64,000 bases of DNA. Source: Octopus vulgaris (taxonomy: Eukaryota). The position numbers and the translations under genes were made by a program. Of this stretch, positions 23,310 through 36,919 are shown in pieces. The number at the start of each line of letters is the position of its first letter. The stretch's first letter is position 1. The DNA lies in NCBI GenBank assembly GCA_951406725.2, contig OX597822.1, positions 22,258,001 to 22,322,000 of the forward strand. Direction: 5' to 3'. The notes below the pieces were generated by a model, which was not told the origin of the DNA, made no database searches, and worked only from the letters and a program-made list of their open reading frames with translations.

Positions 23310-24880
23310 GAATAACATCTGTCCTTCCCGTGTTTTTTCCCACATCCCTTTCCCAGTTTTCAGAGTTGGCACTGTAAATGTATATCTAACGAAATTGTAG
23401 AGATGCTTGAAAGGAAGCATGTTCATACATCTTGCATCCAAGAGGTTAGGTGGCGAGGAGCTTCAGCTAGGTTCCTCACAGGCAAGACACATAGGTATAA
23501 AATCTTCTTGGAAGGTAACAGTAATGGAGTAGGTGGTGTGGGCATACTCCTTGCTGAGAAATGGCTGGATAAAGTCATAGAGGTAGTCAGAGTATGTGAT
23601 AGAGTACTTAAGCTCAGGCTAGTCTTGCAGAATAGTATAGCTAAAATAATATCTGCCTACCCACCACAAGTCAACCTACCAAATGAACAGAAGGATCACT
23701 TTTATGATATTCTTCTGCAGGCTACCTCCAAGATGAATGACAATGATCTCATCTTCATGGCTGAGGATTTCAGTGGGCATATTGGATGGCAGCACGGTAT
23801 CTACCTTGGTGTTCATGGGGGCTATAGAATCAGTTCCCGAAACAAAGAGGGAACAAGGCTACTGGAGTTCTGTGATGTGAATAACCTTTTTCTTTGCAAC
23901 ACCAACTTCAGGAAGCCAACCAGCCACTTGATAACCTATCAATCAGGTGACTTTGCTAGCCAGATAGATTTTATTCTCACCAGACAGCAGGATGCATGGT
24001 TGCTCTTAAATGCAAAGACTCTCCCTGGTAAATAATGTACCTCACAGCATAGACTAGTCATTAGCAACTTTAGACTCCAGGTCAGAAAGATGCCAAGAAG
24101 CAGACCAATCTCGAAAAGAAGGATTTGGAAGCTTAAGGATCCTTCATATGGTCAGAGATTTAGAGACATTCTAATTGAGAAATTTGATGAGAGGGAAGGT
24201 CAGCTACAAACTTGTGACAGAGGGCAACTGGGAATTCCTGTGGGACAGCTTGCTGCATGCTACAAACCAAATCTGTGACTGGTGCAAAGTACCATCCAGA
24301 CCTAGGGTAATGTGATGGTGGAACAATACCGTAGACAGGGCGATTAGAGCAAAGAAACAGGTGTGGAAGAATGGGGACAGCAGGGAACTGTATTAGATAA
24401 TCAGAAGGGAAGCTAGGAGACAGGTATATCTAGTCAAGGGAGAAGCAGAAAAGAAGTTTGCCTATGTACAGTGCCATGTGAGCCAATGAACTGAATGAAG
24501 TATTTCAAATTGCAAGACAGTGTGTAAGAGAAAATTGTGATGTCATAGGAGAGAAATGTCCACATGGATGATGGTGCACTTGCTTTTAATGAATCTGCAA
24601 AGTAAGAGGCTTGGAGATGCCATTATGAAAGACTGCTGAACATGGAGAATAAATGGGAGGAGGAGAGTCTGTCAAATGTTGACCCAACTGAGGGACCAGC
24701 TAGGCTGGGCAAAGTTCACAGATACCAGATAGGCTGGGCAAAATTCACAGAGCTCTTACCCCCGCTGGCAACGAAGGGCCTCTTTCTCAGAGTGAAAGGC
24801 AGATTTTTGATGCCTGTGTGCAAACAGTTATGCTGCATGACAATGAAACATGGGCTATAACAGCCAAGGACATGCATAGG
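23310..24880 (+). pseudogene. RTE-clade LINE ORF2 remnant: APE endonuclease and linker, RT deleted, C-terminal piece
   Basis: ORF 23403-24035 has CIQEVRW, GVGILL, ISAYPPQ, EDFSGHIG, NTNFRK, SQIDFIL (APE motifs); jumps at ~24700 to the WAKFTELLPPLATKGL C-terminal region. Confidence 0.88.
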
Positions 24881-24889
24881 CATGACATT

Positions 24890-26100
24890 AGTCATTCACT
24901 AATATATTTATCTTCCTGTGTTTTGAGGAGCGAAAGTGCAGTGCAGTCAGAATATTTTCTGAGAATGTGTCCTTCCAAATGTTTCTCAAATTTACAGCTG
25001 TTTGATGTAGAACGTTCAGCAAGTTCCACCAAACTACTATTATTGAACATGATGTTGTACCCATGACTATTGAATCTTTTATTCAATTTTTCTGTTGGCA
25101 GCCAACATAAATCAAGTTGTTTTTAGTGCATTCTTAGGTGTACACCAAATTGGAATTGCCACAAGTCCCATCTTCTGTATAAATCATAACATTTGTGATA
25201 GGGTTGACTTGACTCATATAGTTGTACAATGAATAGATCTCACCTCTCATCTGGATAATTTTTTTAATACCCAATCCAGAAAGTCTAATGAAGTTTTCAT
25301 TGGGATTAGAGCTAGTATTCAATAATTCTCTTACATTTTTATTGCATGTAGACTACAATAAGCAGGCAAGGTAATATGTCTCTGAAATGAAGGTATGTTT
25401 CTGAAATATGCTGGTAACTTTCATGAAGTGCTTTTTAAATGGTAGTGAAATTTTGGTGCCAGTTAATCACTAAAGGAATTTGAACATAAATTTTACGTTG
25501 GTTTCTAAAATTAGGTGTGAAAGTTTGACTTTCCTTGCTAAATCTGGTTATGTCATTTGCAAGTTCCTTTAATCATTGATTCACTATAACCTATAACCAC
25601 ATTCAACATAATGGTGCACAAAAGCATTTGCATGTTTCCAATGATCCCATATGTCAGTACAAATCTGTTATATCCTCAAAAATTTGGAATTCAAGTTTGA
25701 CTTAATTGTATTTTGTCATCCCACATACATTTTCAGCAACACCCTGGAATCAAGTCATCTCCATCAGAAATTAGTTCTCAAAACACTTAAGAATAAATAT
25801 ATTTGTGAATTACTAATGTCATGCACAGGAGGAATGAATAAAATAGCAGAAAATCCCATCACATTAGCAAAAAACCTTTTGACTAAGTTTTCTCTTCTCT
25901 ACTTTTTTTTCTTCTTTCCTTTGTTTTTTTCTTTTATAATAGTTATAAAAAAAGTGAAAATTGAAGATGTCATTCTGTCTAAAACGGAAGGCAGGATATT
26001 TTGCTTCAAAATTTGAATTTCTGTATTTCCACATATTTTTCATTTTTGATTTTGAGGATAACATACACACTTCAAATTTTGTTGAATTCAATAAACAGTC
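24890..26100 (-). pseudogene. Old Penelope-like RT/GIY-YIG remnant
   Basis: Minus strand CGNSNLVYT*ECTKNNLIYVG (~25100-25165) and LNKRFNSH...QEDKYISE (24892-25086); possible degenerate YxDD (FRFRQNDIF) near 25975. Confidence 0.55.
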
Positions 26101-28749
26101 ACTCTCTATTTATTCAAATAATATAGCAATCTTCTTGTTGTGTATGTGTGTGGGTGGGGAGGTGTTCTTGTTTTCTTATCCAAGTTACACTGACCATAAA
26201 TATCACCATTGTATAAGTTTACATAATTTTCACAAATTTCTAACATAAAATTTCGAAATTTTATTTAGGTTTGTTTGAGATACTCTCTAAATAAAACTCA
26301 CAGTATCTCTATTTATTAAATGAGATATGGCTGTTGTTTTTCTCCATTGACTTCAATAGCAAGCAGCCAAATATTATATGTAAAATGTCTGATATTTGAA
26401 AAGAGGGGAGTGCTAGGACGTGCCCATGGCAGCTGTTGATCAGTAGAAGAGAAGATAGGTTTGCCTCGAAAGATTTTGCTAACCGAGTGGAAAGAGAACA
26501 TTTAAAAGAAATTTTTTTGGAGAAGTATAGCAGTAATATTATGACCAGTTGTAACAACAACTTAGTGGACAACTATACCAAAACTGAAAATGATAAAAAC
26601 AACAACAAAAACAATTTCGATTTCATTTCTTTTAGCAAAATACAATTTCCAGCTCAGCCATTCTCGGGGAAGAGCAGCAATATGAACAATAACAATAACA
26701 GTGACTAAACAATTACAAAACTTGAGAAGGAAATAGCACCACCAACATCTAGATGTTTACAGCAAGGTAGCAGAAATTACAGTAACTGAGGCCACCTCTG
26801 CTAACCAGACCATATTTCCTTTCATTCCAACAACCAACAACACCAAAGACAATAATATTTTTTGCACTTCTGTCACCATTACTGCAGCTATTTCTGCTAT
26901 TTCTACTAGAAGTGTAGCTGAAGGAACCACAGGTATCCTAAATAAGTGTTACAGAAAGATTCCTTTGCAAAATTCACAAAAATAATTGAGCAGATCTTTC
27001 TGGAAGAGAAACAAACATACCTGAGAGAAGTTCAAAAGCTTGTCTTGAGTGGCAAAGTATGGACTGCATTATCTGTGTCCCTAGAGTTCTTGGAGAAAAT
27101 ATTCCAGAGAACAGTAATTTATCACTACATGGACTCCTGGACCTCATATATACAGGAGAAAGAGTAGCTGAGAAAGATATGGTGTGGCACTGACTTCATC
27201 ATTTGCATCAAACATTAAGGGATCGCAGAACTGAGATTCTTCTTAGACAGACCTCCACAAAACCTTTCTGCTATTTTGTGCAGGAGTGACGAATTTATTC
27301 TCATTCTTTTATACAAAGAGTAGTGAGTGATGTAAATGAAGGTCTTCTCATTCATCAATAATGCCAGCACAGGGAGTGAGAAAAGATGAAATTAAATATT
27401 CTGAAACAAGGAACAATTAAGTAATTGCCTTCTATGTTCTGGGGTGAGATTCTGTTGAGAGTGTCATTGTCTTTCATCCTTCCAAGGTTTCACCAGCCAC
27501 TATCGGGATAAATTTTCATCTTCCTCTGATATATTTATATATTGTATCTTTAAATACAGTATATCCATAAGAATTTTTATCTCGGAGGAAAATCACAGCA
27601 ACTTGTCTTTCAGTGGTGTATATACATTAAGTATGGTACATAGATGGCTATTTTAATCTAGCACAGCTTCATTTGCATACACAAGAATAATGACAATTAT
27701 TTTGTATTGATATTATTATTGATAATCTTGCTTTTGTATTTGGTTTGATGATCCTTGATATGTAATCATATGTTAAAACAGATTTTGTAGTATCGTAGAT
27801 GGATCATTATGATTATAAGAAACACCAGAATTTCACATCTTTTATCAAAATTATTAGTCAATCTGTTAAAAAACTTTCCAGTTAACAAATTAATTGTTTG
27901 ATTAACTATCTAGTTAATCAATTAATCAGTTAGTTTCATCAGTCCTTTTGTCACTGATAGCAAATGGTAGTAAAGCAACTCTGATGAACTTAGCTGATTA
28001 ACTAGAATGATTAATTGAACAATCGATTAGTTAACTGGCTAAACTGGTTAACTAGTTGACGAATAAGCAAAGTGAAATACAACTAGTGTGTGTGTTTCTT
28101 AGTGGTATAACGACTCTCCCAATATAAAACAAAATATCATTGATCAAATATCAACAGTTATTGATAAAAAATAATGACAATTATTTTTGTCTGCATACAT
28201 TCATTCCCAACAAGTAATTGAGAGATTATATATGACAGTATTAACTATTAATTAGTAACTAATTAGCCACTCAAAGTGGAAATATAGATGTTGATGTCAT
28301 GCAAGCTATACCTGGTTGATAGGTTTGGCTATCAACTTGAAATCTAAAGTTTCAGAAGACAGGAAATTATATTGCAAATTATTTAGAAAAGTTGAAATAT
28401 ACAAAAAATTTTTATGTAAGTGATAAAACATTGAACTAGAAATTAAAAAGAAAAAAAGATTAAGTGAAGTTTTGATATTTGTAACATTGAAAGGAATATG
28501 GTTGGGCCAAAAGTTTTTGGAACAACAGTTAAATAGATGGTACATGACATATATGGTACTACACCTAACTAAATGGATTGTAACACTTAGGTTTATTCCT
28601 CTACTTACTATTTAAAACCTCTCTGTTGCTAATTTCCACTTTTCAGCCTTGATAGAATGAGAACCAGTCAACTACTAAGATTTATTGGATTCAATATATC
28701 TTTCCTCTTAAGTATTTGTGGTTTTGTACTTAATTCGAGAATTTAGAGG

Positions 28750-28780
<31 letters not shown>

Positions 28781-29029
28781 TTGTTGTTGTTGTTGTTGTT
28801 AAGCAACAAGACAGGTAAGGGTGATTAGGTAATGGTCTAGAGCTTAGGGGTGAGAGACCCCAGACCTTGGAAAAAAAAACTTTGGTCGTCTTGTTGTAGT
28901 TGAGGGTTCTTTGTTGATGCCTGACACCACTGGGAGGTGGCCCTCGAAGTCGCTGGAAATGGAGATCTCCAGGTCCAAATTCTTGGACGGCTGCTGCTGC
29001 CACCACCACCACCACTTATTATTATTATC

Positions 29030-29550
29030 ATCATTATCATTATTATTGGATGAAAGAGCAATGCATACCATCAAAGTGACACTGGTACAAATATACAAAG
29101 CCCAATATACCCATTATAATTACACCTCTGATAAGGCACATGCATCACAACCATATATGCATGACATGGGGATTTCATATCAAGATAGACAATGCATAAC
29201 CTTGCAGGTGGAGCCTGCTTCGAATTTTCTTCGGGTCGAGTAGTCCATCCTGCTGAAGAGGTCTGTGAATAAGGTTTGTTTAAGGACGAATGCAACATCC
29301 ATGTTTCCAGGGGTGAATTATTCAAACCCTCAAAGAATGTTTTTCAACACATGGCAATGATGCTCTCCAATTACTCCTACTCATGATCAGAGATGCACAT
29401 GTCATCAGCTATTAAGGGACATACTCAACTGGTTATGGTCAAGCAACTGACAAGGTATTGAGCAGAATATTTGCTATAGCCCATCTTTTATACTAAGAGA
29501 AAACATATACATGATAGCATGAGAACCGGTGCCTGGTATTGCATTGGGGC
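29030..29550 (-). mobile_element. ~520-bp retroposon-like repeat with (TAA/TGA)n ends
   Basis: Diverged reverse complement of 30272-30830. Confidence 0.75.
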
Positions 29551-29587
29551 ATCATCATCATCATCATTATCATTATTATTATTATCA

Positions 29588-29768
29588 AGGTTGCAAGCTG
29601 ACAGAATCGTTACTATGCTGAGCAGCATTTCGTCTATCTTTACATTCCAATTTCAAACTCTGCTAAGGTCGACTTTGCCTTTCATCCTTAGAGGGTTGAT
29701 AAAATAAGTACCAGTATTAGGGTCAATGTAATCAATTAACTTTTCCCACGAAATTGCTGGCCTTGTGC

Positions 29769-29770
<2 letters not shown>
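29588..29770 (+). mobile_element. SINE family 3 variant
   Basis: aggtcgactttgcctttcatcct...gataaaataagtaccag central block. Confidence 0.7.
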
Positions 29771-29811
<41 letters not shown>

Positions 29812-29813
<2 letters not shown>

Positions 29814-30030
29814 GGTGAGCTGGCAGAAACGTTAGCATGCCAGGCGAAATGCTTAGCGGTATTTCGTCTGCTGCTATGTTCTGAGTTCAAATTCCACTGA
29901 GGTCGACTTTGCCTTTCGTCCTTTCGGGGTCGATTAAATAAGTACCAGTTACGCACTGGGGTCGATATAATCGACTTAATCCGTTTGTTTGTCCTCTCTG
30001 TGTTTAGCCCCTTGTGGGTAGTAAAGAAAC
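29812..30030 (+). mobile_element. SINE family 3 (tRNA-like head plus conserved central block)
   Basis: tggtgagctggcagaaacgttagc...gagttcaaattcc B box, then gaggtcgactttgcctttcgtcctttcggggtcgattaaataagtaccag. Confidence 0.8.
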
Positions 30031-30271
30031 CCCAAGCAGTTTAACTGGTTCATCGGTTCAGTGTCCAACAATGCCATCCAAAGCCATTGTCCTGCTTCTC
30101 CAGGAGCCCAACCGCAAACTCACTGATTTGTCGACGCTGATTTTTACACTTGCATACAACTCATATTCTTTTAGGATGATGCTTCATATCTAGTAAAAAT
30201 AAGCTGTGAGTTTTAAACAAATAATGATGATAATAATAATAATAATAATGATGATGATGACGACGACGATA

Positions 30272-30832
30272 AATGCCCTGATGCAGTACCAGGCAGTGGC
30301 TCTCGTGGCTTCTGATCTTAACTGATTGGATGTGTTATCATGTACATTGTTTTGTCTTGGTATAAAAGATGGGCTACAGCAAATATTCTGCTCAATACCA
30401 CAGATTTGCTTGTCAGTTGTTTGACCGTAACTAGTTGAGCATGTCCCTTAGTGGCTGACGACATGTGCATCTCTGATCACGAGCAGAAGAAGTGGGGGAG
30501 TATCATAGCCATGTGTTGAGTGGGATTCTTTGGGGTTTGAATAATTCACCTCTGGAAACATGGGTGTTTCATTGAACATCCTTAAGCAACCCTTATTCAG
30601 GGACCTTTTGAGCAGGATGAGTTACTCAACCAGAAGAAAATTCTAACTAGGCCCCACATGCAAGGTCATGTGCTGTTTATCTTGACATGAGATCACCATG
30701 TCACGCACATATGGTTATGATGCATGTGTCTAGTGTACCCTTATCAGACAGGTAGTCATGATGGGTATACTGGGCTTCATATATTTCATCCCAGTGTCAC
30801 CTTGATGGCATGCACTGCTCTCTCACTCAATA

Positions 30833-30887
<55 letters not shown>

Positions 30888-30890
30888 TAA
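30272..30890 (+). mobile_element. ~560-bp retroposon-like repeat with (TAA)n tail
   Basis: Three copies in the window; ends ctctctcactcaatag(aat)n. Confidence 0.75.
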
Positions 30891-30892
30891 TA

Positions 30893-31105
30893 ATCCTTTC
30901 TACTATATGCACAAGGTCTGAAATTTAAGGAGATGGGACTAGTCGATTTCATCAACCCTGGTGTTTCACTGGTATTTAATTTATCAACCCCGAAAAGATG
31001 AATGGCAAAGTTGACCTTGATGGGATTTGAACTCAGAACATAGCAGCAGACAAAATATTGCTAAGCATTTTGCCTGGCTTGTTAACGATTCTGCCAGCTC
31101 ACTGC
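30893..31105 (-). mobile_element. SINE family 3
   Basis: Reverse complement of the 29812-29970 family. Confidence 0.75.
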
Positions 31106-32159
31106 TTTTTTCAATTTTCAGAAAAGCTGAATAAAATAATTAATAATATCAATAACAATGATAATAATAATAATAAAAGATAGAAAATATTGAAAATGTG
31201 AGGGTGAGATAAACACAGACAAAGCATTTAGTGAGAATGATTCTTAGAAATAGTTTCTTTTGAGTTGAAAATAATCTCCATTGAATTTGAACAAAAATGT
31301 CAAAACAATATTTATGAAGAAAATTAAATTTGAAAAGAAATCTGGAAGCAAAAAAAAAATAAATAAATACATAAACACTGCTTACAACAACTACAGCTAT
31401 AAGAATTCCAGGAATATCTAAAAATATTGATGATACTGAATATGATGATGACAGTGATGCTAAATATGATGATGATGAAGAGGAGGAGGAGGAGGAGGAT
31501 TTTATTTGCCACAAATAATGATGTGATGATGAATTATACTAACAACAACAATGATAATGATGATGAAGACTTTATACTCCTGCTGCAACTACACCTGGTA
31601 GTATTAAAAGAATCAAAAGCTTTAAAACGTCTACAGAATTTTTTTCTTGTCTTGTTCAACTCCATTTTGAGTTATGTTTATTTATTCTTTTTCATATAAT
31701 TTCATCTATTTTTCTGTGTATTTGTTGCTAAGCTGTACAAACTTTGCCAGTTTACTGGGTCAAAGTCACAGTTTGTGGCTTTTACCTCTTACAAATGCAC
31801 ATGGATATGCACACACATACACACACACACATACACACACACACATACACACACACACGTGCATGCACACACATATGCACATGTGCATGCACACACACAC
31901 ACACATACATGCATGCACACATGGTATTAGCACAACACCACTGGGGAAATTTATGACCACATTCCTCTCCACTAAGACTATAGATACAGTCACACAGGAA
32001 ATTGGGGGACTACCATATTTAATGGGGAACAGTGAAATGCTTCTCAGTTATGAGTGTATGTGGAGTGGGTATGGGTATATACATGCGCGCGCACACACAC
32101 ACACACACACACATATAAAGAATAAAAAGTTTTGAATGGTACAACAATGCACTATAATA

Positions 32160-34200
32160 CAATGGGTTATATACCTGTTATAATTTAATCATCCATAGTC
32201 TGATATGATATTTCGGAATAAAATTTCTTCTTCAGATATTCCTAGGTGGAGTCGCTGCTATAATTGGTTTTCCAACGGCTTTTCTTCTTTATTATTTTTT
32301 TTTAAGCATCTCAGCAGTGGTCTCATGAAGCTCCTTCCAGAATTCTTCATGAGAAGTGCATGAGGTCAACCATGTCTCAATCTTGTGTGTGCTGGTACAT
32401 CCATAGCCCTGCTTCTAAGTTACGTATTAAACGTGCAGCTTCCTTTTTTACCCTTTCTTTCTTTTCATTATAAACTACAGACGAGCATATTATCAAAAAT
32501 GAACCTACACGCATCCCGATGTAGCTAAATAATGTATTGATTACCAATCTCCAGCCTGTTGTTAATTTGGGACCCTAGTCTGTGTATGAGTATAATTTCC
32601 TTAATTCTTAAATTACCCAAATTTCTTTCATTGGCCTCAGTTGTGACTGTTATGCTTTTGTCGGTGTTCCAGCATCTATCTAAATGTTTTCTGAAGGAAG
32701 AGGCTCTTGTGTTCAGATGTTCTTTGATGCGAACATGTGACAGTCTTGTGCTACCCACATAGAACTTGTTGCATTTGTTACATTGTGTTCTATACACAAC
32801 ATTTACCCATTAGCATAAATCTGTGTCACCGATGGGACAGTTTGTTAGTGTACATTGATTATTGTCCCTTGTTCGTTTCTTTGCGAAGTGTCCTCTCAGA
32901 GAGGGGCCGGAGTGGACTAGTTGTATGTCTATGCCTTCTCTTCTTATGGCTCTTCGGATGGATGTAGTTATCCTCTCGCTAAAATGGGGTATTTTTAGGA
33001 AGCATGTATTGCTGGGTTTTCTGTGTTCAGCGTCTTAGTCGTCTTGGATACTTAAGACGATTTACAATGGATCTAGGGCACCCATTGGTTTTCACTATAT
33101 CTAGGAAGCATGTAGTGTGGGTCACTTTGTCCTCCATTCTGCTGCACTTACCCTGGATGCGTGCAAGTTCATTTCTGGTGTAACCTATGTTGGCATTGAG
33201 TGGAAGTGCTGAGTTGTACTGGACAAACATATTTCTACTGGCTGCTTTCCTGTAGAACTCGGTGTGGATCTCCCCTTCTTCCATTATATTCAGTTTGAAG
33301 TCAAGTAGTGATAGCGTTCCAGTGATGTTGGGATGTTCTATAGTGTCCATGTCGTGAATATTCTGTCAGCCTCTTCACGGGAAGATGTGAGTATGAGGAT
33401 GTCATCTACACACCTGATAAAGAAGGCGCATGAGCAGCAGATGTTGAGTGCTCAATGTTCCAGATGGTTCATTTAAGGGATGGCTAGTAGGCCCGAGAGA
33501 CTAGATCCCATGGGGAGACCTGTTGTCTGCTTGTATATGTGGTCCTGGAAATAGAAGTAGGTGTTGTCCATGATGATGGACAAAAGTTAATGATTAACAG
33601 CTGAAGTAAGTCTAAAGCATTGGATGTCGGACACTATTACGCAGTCAATCAATAGGTTGACCACCAAGTGTGCTGGCACCATTGTGTACATTGAGAGAAT
33701 GTCAAGACTAAAGGCATATCTGTTTTTCCTGAGTTGGTCTAGGGGCAATTTGTGCAGTCTTTTGATGACTTCGTCGGAGTTCTTCAACGTGTCCAGCAAA
33801 GGTGAACAGTATGGGTTTCAGGATGTGAGAAAGTAACCAGGATATTTTAAATAGAGGGCCTTCCATGCTGGAGATGATGAGTCTAATCTGGATCATGTTG
33901 CTATTCTTGTGTGTTTTAATGAGGTGATAAAATCTGTGTAATCTACCCTTCTTTGTGATGAAGTTGTTCTTGAATTTATTACGTATTTGTCTCCATCTAT
34001 TTACATGTCTGTCCATGCAGTGTTAATTCAGTCCTCAATCCTGGTCACAGTTATATCAGTCACTTCAGAATATAGTCTTCTGTCATTGCTTAAATGTTCT
34101 AGAGCCAGTCTATCATATATTTCACAAGAAATCCCGCAGATTTCTTTTCCTTTATCTGATGGTAAGTGTACCACTTGGAAGGGCCTTTGAGTTGATCTAA
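32160..34200 (-). mobile_element. Penelope-like retroelement (RT, GIY-YIG, 3' pseudo-LTR), frameshifted
   Basis: LPSDKG (~34150), RFYHLIKTHK..IRLIISS, SLDILSMYTMVP, QTTGLPMGSSLSGLLA (~33480-33530), FIRCVDDILIL (~33390-33420), LSLLDF..FYRKA, and YRTQCNKCNKFYVGST..RIKEH (32525-32797). Confidence 0.92.
32203..32239 (-). ncRNA. Minimal type-I hammerhead ribozyme in the Penelope 3' pseudo-LTR
   Basis: atat-CTGAAGA-a-gaaat(ttt)attcc-GAAA-ta-TC-atat; one mismatch in stem II. Confidence 0.75.
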
Positions 34201-34509
34201 CTAACCACAGTGCTTTTCTTTAAGTTTTGTACTTAATCTATCATTCTCTTTATTAAGTTACAGGCACATAAACAAATCAACGCTAGTTATCGCACTGTGA
34301 GAAACACTAGTCATGTACTCACACACACATTTATGCAATAGACTAATGATGCTGACCAACACTAACTTTTTGCAGTTGTTTCATTTTAATATATCTAAAT
34401 TCTTTATTGTTGTTGTGTCACTCATAGCAAGCATTGATCAAGCAGACTCTTGTTACATAAGTAAGTAGATGGCCAAATGTCTGAGTGTGATCTACTGACT
34501 TAATGTTAC

Positions 34510-35140
34510 TGGTATAGCATATCTCCACAAAGCTGAATATCATACTATGCAGTCTCCATCTCAAACTAGCTGAGTACTGTGTATTCACATAACTGAGTAC
34601 TATGTTTTCACACTTAGTTGAGTACTGTTTCCACCAAACTGAGTACTGCATATTTGCCTTGCTGAGTACCTGACTATACATTCTCTACCTAGCTGAGAAC
34701 CATGTCTCAACCTACCTGACTACTGCAAATTCACCTAACTGAGTACTGTGTCTCCATATTACTGAATACCAGACTATACATTCTCCACTTAAATGAGTAC
34801 CTTTTCTCAACCTAACTGAGCATTGTCTCCACCTAAATGAGTGCTGTATATTTACCTAACTGAGTGCTATGTCTCCACATAACTGAGTACCAGACTATAC
34901 ATTCTCAGCCTAATTGTGTACCAAGTCTCAACCTAGCTGAATACTAAGTCTCAACTTAGCTGAGTACCATGTCTCAACCTAGCTGAGTACCAGTTTATGC
35001 ATTCTCAACCTAGCTAAGTACGACATCTCAACCTAGCTGAGCACTGTCTCCACTTCGCTAAATACCGTATATTCACCTAACTAAGTACTGTGTCCCCACA
35101 TAGATGAGTATCAAACTATACATTCTCCACCTAGCTGAGT
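34510..35140. repeat. Degenerate minisatellite with ~21-31-bp units (core acctagctgagtac)
   Basis: More than 20 recurrences of a ctagctgagtac/ctaactgagtac-like core with variable spacers. Confidence 0.85.
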
Positions 35141-35629
35141 TCTCTATTGACATTTTGACATGCAGTGGTTAATCAGAATGATTGCAGATATAATAAACAC
35201 TATAAATTATAGACTAAGAACGCATTAAAGCAAGAGAAAGTTAGGAAGACAGACAGACAGACAGTGTTGGTGGGGGATAGGTAGGCCGATGGATAGTGAG
35301 ACAGACAGGCAGAGAGACAACCCACTGAGAAAACAATAATAATGATAAGAAGAACAAGAAAATAATAAACAATCAAGAGAATCAATCATTTTATATTATA
35401 TAAAAAAAAAAGACATGGAATCTTTCAGAATGTTCTCTGAGCTACTTAAATGTTCAGTAAAGTTGGGTTAGGAAGGTGGGAATGGAAAAGAAAAATTGTC
35501 ATGGACTGGAGAGTTGGTGAGGAGTGGGGTACAGAGAACAACGGCACCGTTAAAGAAAAAAAAAACGATAACAATTATAAAAGGAGTATGTGAACAATTT
35601 TCCTTCATATGATGAAGACAATGATGATG

Positions 35630-35645
35630 AATTAGTAGTGGTAGT

Positions 35646-35680
<35 letters not shown>

Positions 35681-35690
35681 TAGTAGTAGT

Positions 35691-35721
<31 letters not shown>

Positions 35722-35727
35722 GCGGCG

Positions 35728-35771
<44 letters not shown>

Positions 35772-36240
35772 TGTTGTTGGTAGTGGTGGTGGTGGTGGTG
35801 GTTGTTGTAGTAGTGGTGGTAGTGGTAGTAGTAGTAGTGTTGTTGTTGTTGGTGGGGTGGTAGTGATGGTAGTAGTAGTATTTATGATGGTTGTGGTGGT
35901 AGCAACAGCAAGGATGGAAAGACAGTCTTGGTGTTGGAGACAGCAATGCTAATGATGGAAGTGGCAGTGGTGAAAGGAAAGGGAAGGATAGTGACTGGAG
36001 GAAGGAAAGATATTTGAGGTAGCGATGGTAGTAACATTGATGATGATGATGATTGTATTGATGGTAGTGAAGATGGTGATAGTTGTAATGATGGAGCTGG
36101 TACTAGTTACAGCAGTAATGATAATGTTAATGATAACAGAAATGGCAGTACTGGTGAAACTGGTGACAATGATGGAGGTGATAAAGATGATGATGATGAT
36201 CATGATAGTAATAGGTGTAATGGCAGCATTTGCAATGGTT
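35630..36240. repeat. Compound trinucleotide low-complexity tract (GTA/GCA/GTG/GAT)
   Basis: Direct reading; gives poly-V/A/M ORFs on both strands. Confidence 0.9.
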
Positions 36241-36418
36241 GTACTACATTCTACCCAAGGAGAGAAACTTGAATGGTAAAACAATTACCTGTCAATGGTT
36301 ATTTAAGGTATTAATCAGCTGCTACCAATGTTATAAGTTCAAATCCTGCCTAAGATATTTGACCCATTTAGTACATTTTTGGGGCTGGTGTCTTGTTTTT
36401 GTTTTCTGAACATACAAG

Positions 36419-36898
36419 TGTAGCGGCACAAGCAGTCAGTGCCATATTGGATGAAATCTCGCGGCAGCCATTGCCATCTCCGAGACTGGAGTGAGACCTC
36501 ACCTGCATCCATTTGCCATCCGCAAGATCACAACGAGGCTCACGATGGAAAACTATATAAAGGGAAAACCCGATTCATATCTCTCTCTTTTGATGCCATC
36601 TTCACAGCAGCGCTGGCTAAACACCACCACTGGCTGGACCTGTCTATATGTTGTATCTCCAGAGGCAATGCCCCTGCACTAACAGAGCTACCACACAACG
36701 CACACAGCTAAAGATGGTAGCTGAGAGCAGCACACTTCACCTATCCTGTGAATCCTGTAAATAAAACCAGTTGTAAATTGCATTTGTACTTGAAGTTTTC
36801 TCTCTTCGCCTGCTGGAAGCCTGAACTACATGAAGAACAAAAAGATGATGAAAGAAGACGATATTCTTCCAATATTGTAAACCTTGCCTTCCATTGTA
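36419..36898 (+). mobile_element. Probable solo LTR
   Basis: Starts TGTAG; TATATAAG at ~36554 and AATAAA at ~36760; ends either at CTACA (36830) or at a degenerate inverted end at 36898 that would give a CAAG/CAAG duplication. Confidence 0.5.
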
Positions 36899-36919
36899 CA
36901 AGCATTGTTATGGATTATA

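Noticed and set aside
27880-28060. Clustered ttaactag/gattaac motifs as transposon subterminal repeats
   Set aside because: No terminal inverted repeats or target-site duplication could be defined.
35590-36284. Poly-Ala/Val/Met ORFs
   Set aside because: Trinucleotide low-complexity DNA that is open on both strands, with no splice or domain evidence.
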